From: Macrostomum lignano
Lineage: Eukaryota
DNA: 50,531 nt
Assembly (NCBI GenBank): GCA_002269645.1
Contig: NIVC01000315.1
Location: 1-50,531 of the forward strand
Direction: 5' to 3'
A program made the translations under genes and the position numbers. Shown here one piece after another: positions 11,853-33,005 of the stretch. The notes beneath the pieces are model-generated. The model ran no database searches, had not been told where the DNA came from, and worked only from the letters and a program-made list of their open reading frames with translations. Positions within the stretch are counted from its first letter, which is position 1. Each line of letters opens with the position of its first letter.

Positions 11853-12585
11853 CTTGAGCTGTAGGGTGCTGGAGGTTCTAGTCGATTCATTTTTCAACCG
11901 TAACGGCTTTTTATAGAGTGAAAAGAGAGAGAAAGAATTCCAAGCCGATCTGCAATTGAAAGAAATTTCCTTTTTCAATAGCGTGGAATGAGATCAATCG
12001 TGTTAATAGTTGTAGGGTTGACCGCATGGCCTCAACGTCTAAATTTTTCCAGGAAATGGCATTGCATTGTAACCCCAGTGCATGCCACACTGAAGTAATC
12101 TCCTTTCACTTAACGGCAGATGGTTCATTTTGGTTTTTGCATGGCATCTTTTATGCTACCTAAGTAACAAGGACTATTGGGGGTCTTTGGTCTCGCTATT
12201 GGTTAGCGGAACGGACAGCGATGCCTATAGCTTCAGGAACAGCTGCAGCTATCCTGGAGGACGCAGCTAGCATCCTGGGACCAAGCCCTGGTGTGCCCGG
12301 GGTACACTCTTAATCGTGCAAGACGCTTTCAATCATCGGGCTACGTTCCCCATTAAGCGACTCGGAGTCGTCTCTTCTGCGCCTCATACAATCTACTGGC
12401 CCAGCTCTACTCCGGCTTCAACCCAGTTCTGCACAGCGGTACTCATTTTCATGATACGGCACGTCTCTTTACCTGTCCCGTTCGGACCAACCAACCTTGA
12501 GCCGGTCGACCTCTGGCTTAGACCGTGTGACGTTGCAAACTTTTTGCAGTTGCCTTGCTGTCATGATTCCCAGATTCCAGGTTAA

Positions 12586-12587
<2 letters not shown>

Positions 12588-12629
<42 letters not shown>
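12588..12629. repeat. (CA)n microsatellite
   Basis: Direct reading. Confidence 0.97.
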
Positions 12630-12631
<2 letters not shown>

Positions 12632-14517
12632 CATAAAGATACGTACGTTACATGTAGAGGTTACGCACTTGCACAAGGCGCAAAGAAAGCTCTGAATTTC
12701 TCATCGCCACGCAAGTACAAGCAAGAATATCATATTAACCCCCAAAATGTTAGGCCACGACAATAGAAAATTCTCCATAAGCAATACATGGAAAAATTAC
12801 ATGGTCCATTTGAATTTTGAAAGTTTGAGAGATGAGTGTGTGTTCGATCCACTTCTTATAAAATTAAACACAATTTCGTGAAAAAAAATTTTCTCTGATG
12901 TGCATTTTTGCCTGGAACTAGCATCCAAAGATCTTCTTAGAAGCGAAGCTTCTCCTTCTACTCAATTTGTCCTTGATATCGTCCTTGCATCGAATCCAGG
13001 TACATGTACCTTGGCTCGAGAGTAGGACATGTTAATTAAAAATGTACTTTGTTGCAGGGTTTCGGCCTTTTGACCCCTCTAGATCTGCCATTGATCAGCA
13101 AGAACTCTTTCATATGACTGATATGAGTCAGATTTCAAATCACTTAAATTATGTTGGACCCCGTCCGCAAGGATAACGCTATTTGCTTTTTATTAATATT
13201 ATCGTGGACGCGGTCGCCGTTCCTAGAAAGGCGTGCTTAAGCACGCATGAATGAGCACTTGCACAGAAACATGGTGGCTTACATAGCCTCATGTTGTTAA
13301 TTTTGTTTGACCTATAAGAGATGGTTAGATATTATGTAGTTGAGAGCCTAGTTTAGTCAATTTAGTTATAGTTACGCTGTGCAGAAAATAAATTTTACCC
13401 ATGCCAGGGCATTATGAAGTGAATTAGTGAATAATATTTTTTGAGATCTATTGGATATTTTACATGAATGAACACAAAAGATCAAATTTTAATAGCTAAT
13501 GTGTATTAGTTACTGAAAATCACAATCACTGCTACCTTTAATTAAATAAGCAATTTTTATAATATTGAACAAAATGTTTATTGAGGACCTAATTGCTAAT
13601 GCTATGCTAATTGCTAACTATAATTTTAATTTTGATAGCCACAACATATATCATTTAGATAGGCTTATGCTTTGTTACTAATCTATAAAAAATCTTTTAC
13701 AGTAAGCAAAACATAGAAAATGAAAGATATAACTTAGCTTTTTATTTATTAATTCTTAGGCTTAAGGGGTTGCAAATGTTTTAATATTTTAATTTTATTT
13801 TTTTTAAATAAATTGTACTTCACATTTTGTTCAGTTTGATATTTATTCCATAATAGTTTAATATGATTATGTCATTGTTTGATTACTTTGCAAATTCTTT
13901 GTTGTAATAAAATGTCCTATAAATATTAATATATCAAGAAAAATAAGAATTTATTAATTATTAGGCCTAATTATATACAAATTTCTAAAAAACCATACTC
14001 AATAAAGTGGCCTGCATGCCAGAATTTTGATGAATAAGATTTTGCATGAAATATTTAATGCTTGCTGATATTTTTCATAAGAATATTTATATATGCATAT
14101 AAATATATTCATTATATAATTTATCTATTTATAAATTATTTTGGTTTTTCTTATATATCATGGCATATACCATCATAACAAAGTTATCCATAGAAGTCCA
14201 AAATTTAGACCTTAGACTTAAAGCTAGATATATTTTAATTTGATCCTATATTGGGATTTATGTTTCATTTGAAATATCTTTATTTTCATAATTTTTAGGG
14301 TTCTTAGGACTTTTTCAACTTTTGTTAAATATGAAAAATGGTTAGGTATTTTATCTTTTGGTATACAATATGCATGTGCCTATGTAGTTTTTAGACTATA
14401 TCATATATGCTTGTACCATTAATATACTATCTCTAGGTAGGATAGATTCCCTAATCCCAAAATCCAAAGATCCCAGCAAAAATAAAGATCCTGATCCTGC
14501 TCAATCTCAAAGTCTAT

Positions 14518-15306
14518 GGGCAATTCCATATAAGCATGGTCGTAACATGACAGGCTATTTTTACTTATAAAATGAAATCTAATAATAGAATACACTAAAC
14601 CAATATTTTAAATGAAAGATTTTTTTGTCAAGAATATTTTTATAGAGTTTCATGTAGATATCATCATTAATATAGATGCTATTAAACCTTGAATGGCACT
14701 TCTGGTCGTAATGACAGGATTTTTGACAGATAGAAACTAAAAGGTAAAAGTCTTATAACATTTTTCATTTTTGATATTTTGCAATAATTTTTTTAAAATT
14801 TGACTAAGAACATCTTCAGAAATCATACTCTTTTTGTAGAATATATAAACTCAAAAAGGCAACAAAGATACAAAAGAAAAGGCAGCCTTATGGTCGTAAC
14901 ATTCTGGTCGTAACATATTTTGTTCTGTCAATTCAGTAACTTAGAGGTACCAATATATTAAAAATATAATTGATTATTTGTTCATCAATACTTTTATCTG
15001 ATGATGCAAGTACTATACTTTTATCTATAGTTTGTTTCAACCTTCCAAAGCTTTCTATTTGTTTTTAAAAGGTTCACAAACTTAATGATGTCTTTTGCTT
15101 AAAAAACTGTCCAAATTTTTACAAAAATTACTTTTTGCCACTTGATAACATACTAATCTAACATTTTATCATTCATTTATTCTTAGATTATAGATGTTAC
15201 ACATAAAAAACATTTGGTAAAAAAATTGGCTAATCAGGCAGTGGCAAGCAAAAATATTGACTTTTTTCTATTTTCCAAATATGTCCATCTTATATGGAAT
15301 GAGCCC
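14518..15306. mobile_element. Non-autonomous TIR element (MITE), PIF/Harbinger-like, 789 bp
   Basis: The left end GGGCAATTCCATATAAGCATGG matches the reverse complement of the right end, GGGCTCATTCCATATAAGATGG. Both ends are flanked by TAT (14515-14517 and 15307-15309). The interior is AT-rich and non-coding. Confidence 0.7.
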
Positions 15307-15582
15307 TATACTACTCATAGTATAAGCCTTTACTACTCATAGTATAAGCCTTTACTACTCATAGTATGGTCAAACACTCAAGTGTGAAACATATCTTTCT
15401 ATACATATCGGCAGAATAAAGTTCATTGCATATAGACTGCAGCATTTTTATATTGATGATTTTTATACATATCACATTAGCCAAGCTATTAAAATGTAAT
15501 TAATATTTCACTGCTTCAGTCTGCAGAAGAAGGAGAAGCAGAAGCAAGAGGAGCAACTGCAGCTGTCGCCACCTGCACGGCT

Positions 15583-18500
15583 ATGGCGGCCTGCGACTAT
15601 CGCGCCTGGCACGAGCGCCTCCGAGCAGTGGCGCCAGAGACTCGCGCAGTCCCACTGAGCGAGTCCTTCATCAGCTACCTGCTGGCCGATGGCATGCAGC
15701 TGCCGCCCCATCATCAGGCCGGTGTCAATGGCGTTGCCAATGGCAACGATAGCGACGATAGCAACAGTCAATCCAGCTTTGCATTGAGCGATGACGATGC
15801 AGACCTCAGGCAGGTTGGCAACGATCCCGACAGCTTGTTTCCCGAGCTCAAAGCTGAGGTACACGAGGGTGTTTGAGCAGGTCTTCTTACTACTCAAGCT
15901 TGCTTGCTTGCTTCTAGCAGTGTGTAGATTATCTTTCTCTGACAGATCTTTACGATTCTATATTGCAATCTTTTTTCATCGCTATTAAACTTAATCACAG
16001 GCACTTTGAATGCCACATATCCAATAATCCATGATCCCAGACAGTGAGATCCCATATCCAATAATCCTCAACCCCAGACAGTGAGATCCCATATCCAATA
16101 ATCCTTAATCCCAGACAGTAAGATCCCATATCCAATAATCCTTAATCCCAGACTGTGAGATCCCATATCCAATAATCCTTGATCCCAGTCAGTGAGATCC
16201 CATATCCAATAATCCTTTATCCCAGACAGTGAGATCCCATATTCAATAATCCTCAACCCCAGACAGTGAGATCCCATATCCAATAATCCTTAATCCCAGA
16301 CAGTGAGATCCCATATTCAATAATCCTTAATCCCAGACATTGGGATCCCATATCCAATAATCCTTAATCCCAGACAGTGAGAATCCCATATCCAATAATC
16401 CTTTATCCCAGACAGTAAGATCCCATATTCAATAATCCTTAATCCCAGACAGTGAGATCCCATATTCAATAATCCTTAATCCCAGACATTGGGATCCCAT
16501 ATCCAATAATCCTTAATCTCAGACAGTGAGATCCCATATCCAATAATCCTCAACCCCAGACAGTGAGAATCCCATATCCAATAATCCTTGATCCCAGACA
16601 GTGAGATCCCATATCCAATAATCCTTAATCCCAGACTGTGAGATCCCATATCCAATAATCCTTTATCCCAGTCAGTGAGATCCCATATCCAATAATCCTT
16701 GATCCCAGTCAGTGAGATCCCATATCCAATAATCCTTAATCCCAGACAGTGAGATCCCATATTCAATAATCCTCAACCCCAGACAGTGAGATCCCATATC
16801 AAATAATCCTTAATCCCAGACAGTGAGATCCCATATCCAATAATCCTTTATCCCAGACAGTGAGATCAATGATGAATGATGATAATACCCCCAAAATCGG
16901 CAACCCGAATCCCTAAAATCCCATTTCCTGCAGGTGGAATCCGCCATCGCCACCCTGGGCGGCAGCGCCTTCCCCAAGCTGACCTGGACGGCGCCGAAAG
17001 ACGCTCGCTGGGTGAGCTTCGATAACAGCCTGCGCTGCGGCTCCTTCTTAGACGTCTGCATGCTTTTGAAATCTTCGGACGACTGCGCGCACGACCTGCT
17101 CCGGGCGCTGCCGGCCTGCCGCTGCGACTGCGGCGACGGCATCGATGAGACTGAGCACTGCTGCTCCAGGCAGCCCTACGGCCACTGCCTGCTGCTCAGG
17201 CGGTGGGTTGACGTGCCCGAGTCCGGCGAGTTTCGCTGCTTCTGGCGTCGGGGTCGCCTTGCGGCCGTCTGTCAGCGAAGGCTGGCCGCCAGCTATCCTC
17301 ATCTGGCCGATGCGGCCGGCGTTGACCGCCTGCTTGACCGGTAGGGGCTGCTGAGGGCGGGAGGTCATGCGAGGACAGCTTGGTTGCTATAGTAAATGCC
17401 AGTCAGTTGGACAGAACCTGATCTCAAGTTTCTGCGTCCTCACTCAGCCCCAGTAGGGTTACCTGAGTTAACTGAAGTTACCTGAGTTTAGGAAGGTCAT
17501 TAGGCCTCATAAATTAAACAGTTAAAAATTAAGTTATTTAAAGCCAGGAATCAATTAATTTGGGGTCACCTAAAGACAGTAATGAATCTATTTGGGGTCA
17601 CATAAGGACAGTAATGAATCTATTTGGGGTCACATAAGGACAGTAATTAATCTATTTGGGGTCACATAAGGACAGTAATGAATCTATTTGGGGTCACATA
17701 AGGACAGTAATGAATCTATTTGGGGTCACCTAAGGACAGTAATGAATCTATATGGGGTCACCTAAGGACAGTAATGAATCTATATGGGGTCACCTAAGGA
17801 CAGGAATGAATCTATATGGGGTCACCTAAGGACAGGAATGAATCTATATGGGGTCACCTAAGGACAGTAATGAATCTATTTGGGGTCACCTAAGGACAGT
17901 AATGAATCTATTTGGGGTCACATAAGGACAGTAATTAATATATTTGGGGTCACATAAGGACAGTAATGAATCTATTTGGGGTCACCTAAGGACAGTAATG
18001 AATCTATTTGGGGTCACCTAAGGACAGTAATGAATCTATATGGGGTCACCTAAGGACAGGAATGAATCTATTTGGGGTCACATAAGGACAGTAATGAATC
18101 TATTTGGGGTCACCTAAGGACAGTAATGAATCTATTTGGGGTCACCTAAGGACAGTAATGAATCTATATGGGGTCACCTAAGGACAGTAATGAATCTATT
18201 TGGGGTCACCTAAGGACAGTAATGAATCTATTTGGGGTCACCTAAGGACAGTAATGAATCTATATGGGGTCACCTAAGGACAGGAATGAATCTATTTGGG
18301 GTCACATAAGGACAGTAATGAATCTATTTGGGGTCACCTAAGGACAGTAATGAATCTATTTGGGGTCACATAAGGACAGTAATGAATCTATATGGGGTCA
18401 CCTAAGGACAGTAATGAATCTATTTGGGGTCACCTAAAGACAGGAATGAATCTATTGGGGTCACATAAGGACAGTAATGAATCTATTGGGGTCACCTAAG

Positions 18501-19079
18501 GACAAAAATGAATTTATTTTGTGTCACCTAAGGACAAGAATGAATCTATTTGGGGTCATCTGAGGACAGGAATGAATTAATTTGGGGCCACCCGAGGACA
18601 AGGATCAGTCATAATTGCAGCAGGCCACCCCAGGGCAATAAATAAATTAAATGTTATGTGAGTTCGAATTCCAATCTTCCCGCAGCATTTCTGCCTTCCT
18701 GTCTGACCTCGCGCCCGCCTGCCTGCCGCCGGCCCTCGCGCAGTCCGGCTGCGTATTTGACCTCTATTTGACCTCTGACTCGCGCGACTCCTGCCGCCTA
18801 TTGGACTTGGCGCCTTGGGGCCCGCCAACTGATTCGCTGTTGTTTGACTGGCCGGAGCTGACGGCGGCTGAGGCGCGGCAGCGGCGGCCGCTGTTCCGCC
18901 GGCTGACGGACGACTCGCAGGCCGAGCTGCGGCCTGTCGCCGCCATGCCGCTGGACTTTCACTGCCTGCTGGGCCGCGGCGGCGGGGCGGCAGACGGCGA
19001 CCTCGCCGAGATGCTCCGGCTGGCTGAGGCCCGACAGCGGGCTGGAGAGGAAAGCTCATCCGCCTCCTCTGATGGATGA
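15583..19079 (+). CDS. CDC123: CDC123/D123 family ATP-grasp protein (eIF2 assembly factor), 358 aa. Exons 15583-15858, 16934-17340, 18686-19079
   Basis: FISYLLADG, LFPELKAEVESAIATLGGSAFPKLTWTAPKDARW, MLLKSSDDCAHDL, LRRW...EFRCF, VFDLY...LLDLAPW...TDSLLFDW. GT-AG introns of phase 0 and 2 join in frame (276+407+394 = 1077 nt). Confidence 0.95.
16015..16867. repeat. 37-bp minisatellite (AGATCCCATATCCAATAATCCTTAATCCCAGACAGTG)n, about 23 units, CDC123 intron 1
   Basis: Direct reading. Confidence 0.97.
17558..18600. repeat. 32-bp minisatellite (TATTTGGGGTCACCTAAGGACAGTAATGAATC)n, about 32 units, CDC123 intron 2
   Basis: Direct reading. Confidence 0.97.
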
Positions 19080-19109
19080 CGGCTGTGCGGTGCATTTGCT
19101 ACGGAAACT

Positions 19110-19520
19110 TGAGATTTTGATTTCGAAGGGGTGAGATTTTGATGATTGAGATTCTACTAGGCTGAAATTTGTACTTCATAGGGGTGAGATTTTGATATCT
19201 GATTGAGATTCTACTAGGGCGATATTTTATTTTCAAAAGGGTGAGATTTTGATTTCGTATGGGGTGAGATTTTAATTTCTGAGTGAGATTCTATTCAATA
19301 CTAGGGTGAGATTTTAATTTCAAGAAGGGTGAGATTTTGTATTCGTAGGTGAGATTTTTATTTCGTAGGGATCAGTGTTTGATATCTGAGTGAGATTCTT
19401 TTAGGGTAAGATTTAATTTCACAGGGGTGAGATTTTGATTTCGAAGGGGTGAGATTTTAAAATCTGAGTGTCATTATGCTACTAGGGTGAGATAAGATTC
19501 TAAAGGAATCTTTAGGGTGA
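19110..19520. repeat. Degenerate repeat with GGGGTGAGATTTT core, immediately 3' of CDC123
   Basis: Many imperfect copies of (g)ggtgagattttgatttc with variable spacing. Confidence 0.8.
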
Positions 19521-20034
19521 GAATCGTTAAATTGTAATATTTATCATTTAAGTTGAATTTCTTAACCTGAAATTAATTTGCTTATTGAACTTCATCAATA
19601 TTTGCATTTTTGTTACAGCTATAATACAGGTACCATTGGTGAAAGTAAATAAAAGCTGCAAATTTCTACTGAATTGAATCAAGCAGTAATATACATCGCG
19701 TATGTTTTTATTTATTTTTTATTACTTTAAAAGAAATTGAGAGAATAATAGAGCCTTGGTTTCGGGAGGCACTTGGCCTCGCGTCAGCGGAACTTCGGTG
19801 AAATCTGGTTAGATATTGACAGTATAACAGTCCAAGTTGTTATTTATTTATATGGATTGTGGATTATTATCATAGGATCAAAATTGGTAGGCAGGTAGGC
19901 ACGCATTTTGCAGACAAATGGTAAAGGGCTTGTGTTAGTTAGGCATAAAGAATGGGGCTATGGCTTCATCTATTTCATTAATTGAGAAGATAAGCTTATA
20001 CATGCCATTCCCTGAGAACAGTGTTGGGTAGATA

Positions 20035-20262
20035 TCCCCAGTGAGTCTGAGCTGTCCCCAATCAGTGAGTCTGAGCTATCCCCATCAGTGAGTCTGAGCT
20101 ATCCCCCATGAGTGAGTCTGAACTATCCCCCATCAGTGAGTATGAGCTATCCCCCATCAGTGAGTCTGAGCTATCCCCATCCAGATGAGTCTGCGCTATC
20201 CCCCATCAGTGAGTCTTAGCTTTCCCCCATCAGTGAGTCTGAGCTATCCCCATCCAGATGAG
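20035..20262. repeat. 24-bp tandem repeat (CCCCCATCAGTGAGTCTGAGCTAT)n, about 9 units
   Basis: Direct reading. Confidence 0.92.
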
Positions 20263-21641
20263 TCAGGCATTGGCAAGTAGTCACAGCGGGATGCAATCCA
20301 CTCTAACAGCTGTAGGCATAGAAAACTTTATTAGTTAACGTACAGAACAATTTGCGAAACATTTGCATAACACAGACCTACATAAAGGCAGTTGTCAGTT
20401 GCAGATATTTTATGCAGTTTCGAATATGAACACAGATTTTAATAGCGGCTTACACAAATGTACCAGGAGGCAAATAAAAGAACAAAATAACTATTCAAGT
20501 ATACGCACCTAAGGGTAGAGCTAACTACAATAGCAGTGATATTTTGGGTGCTGGACATTTGAGGAGAAAGTTTAGGTTACAAAAGATTAAATCCAAACCA
20601 AAGAAAGAAGCGGACTAGAGGTGGGAATCCAAGATTTTAAAGAGTTTTAGATTTCTTGTTAATTTAGACGGGCGATTTTCGTTAAAAATTGTAGCAAAGA
20701 AATTTCTTAATAATCTTCAATTACTATCATTGTGCGTACAACAATTGCCTGATTGTCCCCACAAAAAGTTTCTGTGTAAGAGTAGTGCAGAAAAATTCAT
20801 CTTTGCGATCAAATAAACTAATAGGCTAGTATATATAAGTGACAGGGAAGAAATAAAAACTGTTATAAGCATTGTCGTGTTCGATAAGTTCACAAGGAAT
20901 ACGAAAAAGTATCATGAAAAAACGAGAATAAGATTCCAGACGCGTAATTCGATTTGGAATTAGGAAGATGGGAGAGCGGTATCGTGTGACAGCTTGTTTT
21001 GTTAAAACATCTTGTAATTGTTAAAAATCAGAAATCATGCAAAATAAAATTTTTTAGTAACCGTAAGTTACAAGAGTAAAATTGCAAATACATTTTAATT
21101 GGCTGGCTAATATGGATTGAAGTAACAACTTCAGGTTATAAAGATTCTGAACTGAAAGCCAATCAAAATCTAGAAAGGGGAAGGATTCTTATTGAGAGTT
21201 GTGCCAGCCAGTTTGGGAGGGTCAGGGCAGAGGGTTTGGGCCAGCCAATGAAGATTCAAGAAGGAGCAATGTACACCGACGCTTGGGTAAAGGGGGCTAG
21301 AGAGTATGAGGTTGGCATCGCTACTGGGGTAGAGGGTATGGCTGCTGCAATTTGATTGGATGCTGCAGGGGCTGGCTTTATATATGGTGCCATGTTGGAT
21401 AAATCGCTAAAGTCAAATTGTACGTGATTCAGACTGCGTTGTAACAATAATTACAATTCATGCGACGATCATTGAGATAGAAGTAAAGTTTGTACAAATG
21501 CGCCCGAAGCTGCTGCTGTTTAAAAAATAAGCAAACAGATTTTTTCAAAGTTCCTTCCTATTGCGACTTCGGAAATCGCATTTTCCCTGCGAGTCAGAGA
21601 TGCACAAGTCGGGTATAGTGAGGTCAGGCACTTCCACATGA

Positions 21642-29419
<7,778 letters not shown>

Positions 29420-29439
29420 TCAAGCTAGTGTTTCGGCAG

Positions 29440-29943
29440 GGCGTAAGGTCTCTCTGGAGGGGGTCAAGTCTCTTTGGAGGGGGTCAAGTCTCTTTGGAGG
29501 GGGTCAAGTCTCTTTGGAGGGGGTCAAGTCTCTTTGGAGGGGGTCAAGTGTTTCTAAAGGCGGTCAAGTGTCGCTGGAGGGGATCAAGTCTCTCTAGAGA
29601 GGGGTCAAGTCTCTCTAGAGAGGGGTCAAGTCTCTCTAGAGAGGGGTCAAGTCTCTCTAGAGAGGGGTCAAGTCTCTCTAGAGAGGGGTCAAGTCTCTCT
29701 AGAGAGGGGTCAAGTCTCTCTAGAGAGGGGTCAAGTCTCTCTAGAGAGGGGTCAAGTCTCTCTAGAGAGGGGTCAAGTCTCTCTAGAGAGGGGTCAAGTC
29801 TCTCTAGAGAGGGGTCAAGTCTCTCTAGAGAGGGGTCAAGTCTCTCTAGAGAGGGGTCAAGTCTCTCTAGAGAGGGGTCAAGTCTCTCTAGAGAGGGGTC
29901 AAGTCTCTCTAGAGAGGGGTCAAGTCTCTCTAGAGAGGGGTCA
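29440..29943. repeat. 20/21-bp tandem repeat (GGGGTCAAGTCTCTCTAGAGA)n preceded by GGGGTCAAGTCTCTTTGGAG units, about 100 bp upstream of the CDKL ATG
   Basis: Direct reading; the 21-mer block is almost perfectly homogeneous. Confidence 0.97.
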
Positions 29944-30674
29944 AATCCAGGTGATATGTATAATGAGAATATGCTATTATTGGAACAAAAAAATGCAAAG
30001 AAACAACCAGAAGTGCTCGCAAATTAAAGATTCTTCTCCAGTCTCTTTCTGCCGAAGTTTTTATTTTATTTTATTTTTTTACTTTTATTTTTTTAAGATG
30101 TAGATCCAACCGCGGCCCAGCTCATGCCAATCAAGTTTAATTAGCCCCTTTCAATGCCCCCCTCCTAGCCCCAATCCCCAATCCCCTAGGGAGGTATTGG
30201 GTTCGCTTCTGCACTTTTAGAGTCGGATCCCAAATCCCTAATTGAGCTGAAGTCTCAGCTTGCCAAAGCTCCTCTCTGCTCTAATTAGTTTTCAACTGCA
30301 TGGCAACTGGGTAGCTTTAATTAAAAAACGTGAGGGCCGAGATAGCCATCATCGCTCATTAAGGTTTTTTGCTACGGGCGACGCAAGGCGACGCGTCTGT
30401 AGCTGAGAGTCAGCGAGGATATGGGATCAGGATCCCTAGAACAGATGCTAAGCAATGTGCTGTGAGAGGGCAGAGTGGGAACTGTGCAATGGTCAGTCTC
30501 TGTATTCAGAGCGATATTTTTTCATGACTGCCTTTTTCACGAGATAAATGTTACACTTGTGACTGAGGCACTGCAGCTCCTGAAGGGTTCATTTGGTGCA
30601 TCAAATCGGCTTTCAATCACCTTGAGTGGCGCTGCAGTGAAGCCCTGCAGTATTTTGTGTCTTTGGAATCTCAG

Positions 30675-31290
30675 GGTCCTTGGGTAACCTCAGGGTTCTT
30701 GGGTAACCTCAGGGTCCTTGGTGAACCTCAGGGTCCTTGGTGAACCTCAGGGTCCTTGGGTAACCTCAGGGTTCTTGGGTAACCTCAGGGTCCTTGGGTA
30801 ACCTCAAGGTCCTTGGGGAACCTCAGGGTTCTTGGGTAACCTAATGGTCCTTGGGTAACCTCAGGGTCCTTGGTGAACCTCAGGGTCCTTGGTGAACCTC
30901 AGGGTCCTTGGCTAACCTCAGGGTTCTTGGGTAACCTCAGGGTCCTTGGGGAACCTCAGGGTCCTTGGGTAACCTCAGGGTCCTTGGGTAACCTCAGGGT
31001 CCTTGGGTAACCTCAGGGTCCTTGGTGAACCTCAGGGTCCTTGGGTAACCTCAAGGTCCTTGGTGAACCTCAGGGTCCTTGGGGAACCTCAGGGTTCTTG
31101 GGTAACCTAATGGTCCTTGGGTAACCTCAGGGTCCTTGGGTAACCTCAGGGTCCTTGGTGAACCTCAGGGTCCTTGGGTAACCTCAGGGTCCTTGGGTAA
31201 CCCAAGGGTTTTAGGGTAACCCCAGGAGTTTACGGTAACCTCAAGGTCCTTGTATAACCTCAGGGTCTTTCAGTAACCTCAGGGTCCTTG
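30675..31290. repeat. 19-bp tandem repeat (GGGTAACCTCAGGGTCCTT)n, about 32 units
   Basis: Direct reading. Confidence 0.97.
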
Positions 31291-32314
31291 AGAAAACTAA
31301 ATTCGTTTGGTAACCTCACGGCACGCGCTAAAATCCTCAAGGCAATACTCGTAGAGTATGTCACTGCCACTGAGTCGTGGTCGCTGTACACCCTACATGA
31401 GCGCGTGCCTGCGTACATTCAGATATCACGTGTTGGTGCTCAGGGATCAGCGGAACGCGCATGGCTGCTAGCCGCGGGTTGACTGTCGCTTTGGTTCGCG
31501 GCAGTGGCAGAGGACCCAGGGGAAACCCTTTGAAACTCTTGTGGTGATATTTGAGAGCTTTCTTTACCCAGGCCTGTGTCTGGCAAAGCTGCCGCCGTTG
31601 TTGTTGTTCGCAGCGGTGGAGTTCGCCAGCAGATGCGGATTCCCCTGGCCTGAGAGCCACATGCTGCCTCAGACCTGCCAGTGAGGCGTCTCCACTGACG
31701 AAGATAACTTGAGGATCTGCTGGTTGCGGCTTCCAGGTGTGCTAAGTCCGGCCAGGCCTCCTCACGGAGGTCCCATAGCGACGATATTCCGCGCGCAAAA
31801 ATTGAATTCTTTTTCTTTTTCTGCTTCCGCTGCTCTTTCAGCTGCTGCCCTTCTGTGTCTCTTTCTCTCTCCTCTTTCGCTTTCCATCGCTGTGAGTATT
31901 GAGTTTGGTTTAAATTTGACCGCACAGGCGTGGGGGAGGGAGGCAACTTCGGCTTTCTCGTCTGGCCAATGGGAGTCAGCAGCGGTTTCTGCCTGGTCTC
32001 TGAGGCCAAAGAGACCCAGAACCAGAGCCTGGAGTTTCTGACCCCCTCATCAACACCCCCCATTTTAATTAGACATCTCTAGGCTGACTGCAACCTTTCA
32101 GTTTGAGCACACAAATTGAAGCTACTAAGAATTTACTCAAGCTTTAAACTGAGAACAAGTTCACAAAAAACTTCAGTGAGGGTTGCTACGGATAGATACT
32201 GACTGATCTGATCGAACAAAGATGTCATGAACAAAAGCTAGGCGAGTTGGTGCGTCACTATAATAAACTTTCACTAATAAGCTGCCGTCACTTCAATTTG
32301 GTTGAACCAATTTT

Positions 32315-33005
32315 TGTTCAGATCAGTCAGTATCTATCCTTAGCAACCCTCCCTGACGTTTTTTTCAGATCAGTGAGTGTCTATCCTTCCCTAGCAACCC
32401 TCCCTGAAGTTTTTATTCAGATCAGTGAGTATCTATCCTTAGCAACCCTCCCTGAAGTTTTTATTCAGATCAGCGAGTATCTATTCTTAGCAACCCTCCC
32501 TGAAGTTTTTATTCAGATCAGCGAGTATCTATCCTTAGCAACCCTCCCTGAAGTTTTTATTCAGATCAGCGAGTATCTATTCTTAGCAACCCTCCCTGAA
32601 TTTTTTATTCAGATCAGCGAGTATCTATTCTTAGCAACCCTCCCTGAAGTTTTTGTTCAGATCAGTCAGTATCTATCCTTAGCAACCCTCCCTGAAGTTT
32701 TTGTTCAGATCAGTCAGTATCTATCCTTAGCAACCCTCCCTGAAGTTTTTGTCAAGATCAGTCAGTACTGTACCTATCCTTAGCAACCCTCCCTGACGTT
32801 TTTTTCAGATCAGTGAGTATCTATCCTTCCCTAGCAACCCTCCCTGACGTTTTTTTCAGATCAGTGAGTATCTATCCTTCCCTAGCAACCCTCCCTGACG
32901 TTTTTTTCAGATCAGTGAGTATCTATCCTTCCCTAGCAACCCTCCCTGAAGTTTTTGTTCAGATCAATGAGTATCTATCCTTCCCTAGCAACCCTCCCTG
33001 AAGTT
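32315..33005. repeat. 48/52-bp minisatellite (CAGATCAGTGAGTATCTATCCTTAGCAACCCTCCCTGAAGTTTTTATT)n, about 14 units
   Basis: Direct reading. Confidence 0.95.

Noticed and set aside
12998-13011. 14-bp perfect palindrome AGGTACATGTACCT
   Set aside because: Isolated, with no supporting context; not far from chance in 50 kb.
15733-15747. Exact X-box match GTTGCCAATGGCAAC
   Set aside because: Inside CDC123 coding sequence (VANGN); treated as background.
21256-21447. Ala/Pro/Ser-rich 63-aa ORF downstream of CDKL
   Set aside because: Lies beyond the CDKL stop, with no recognisable homology or splice support.
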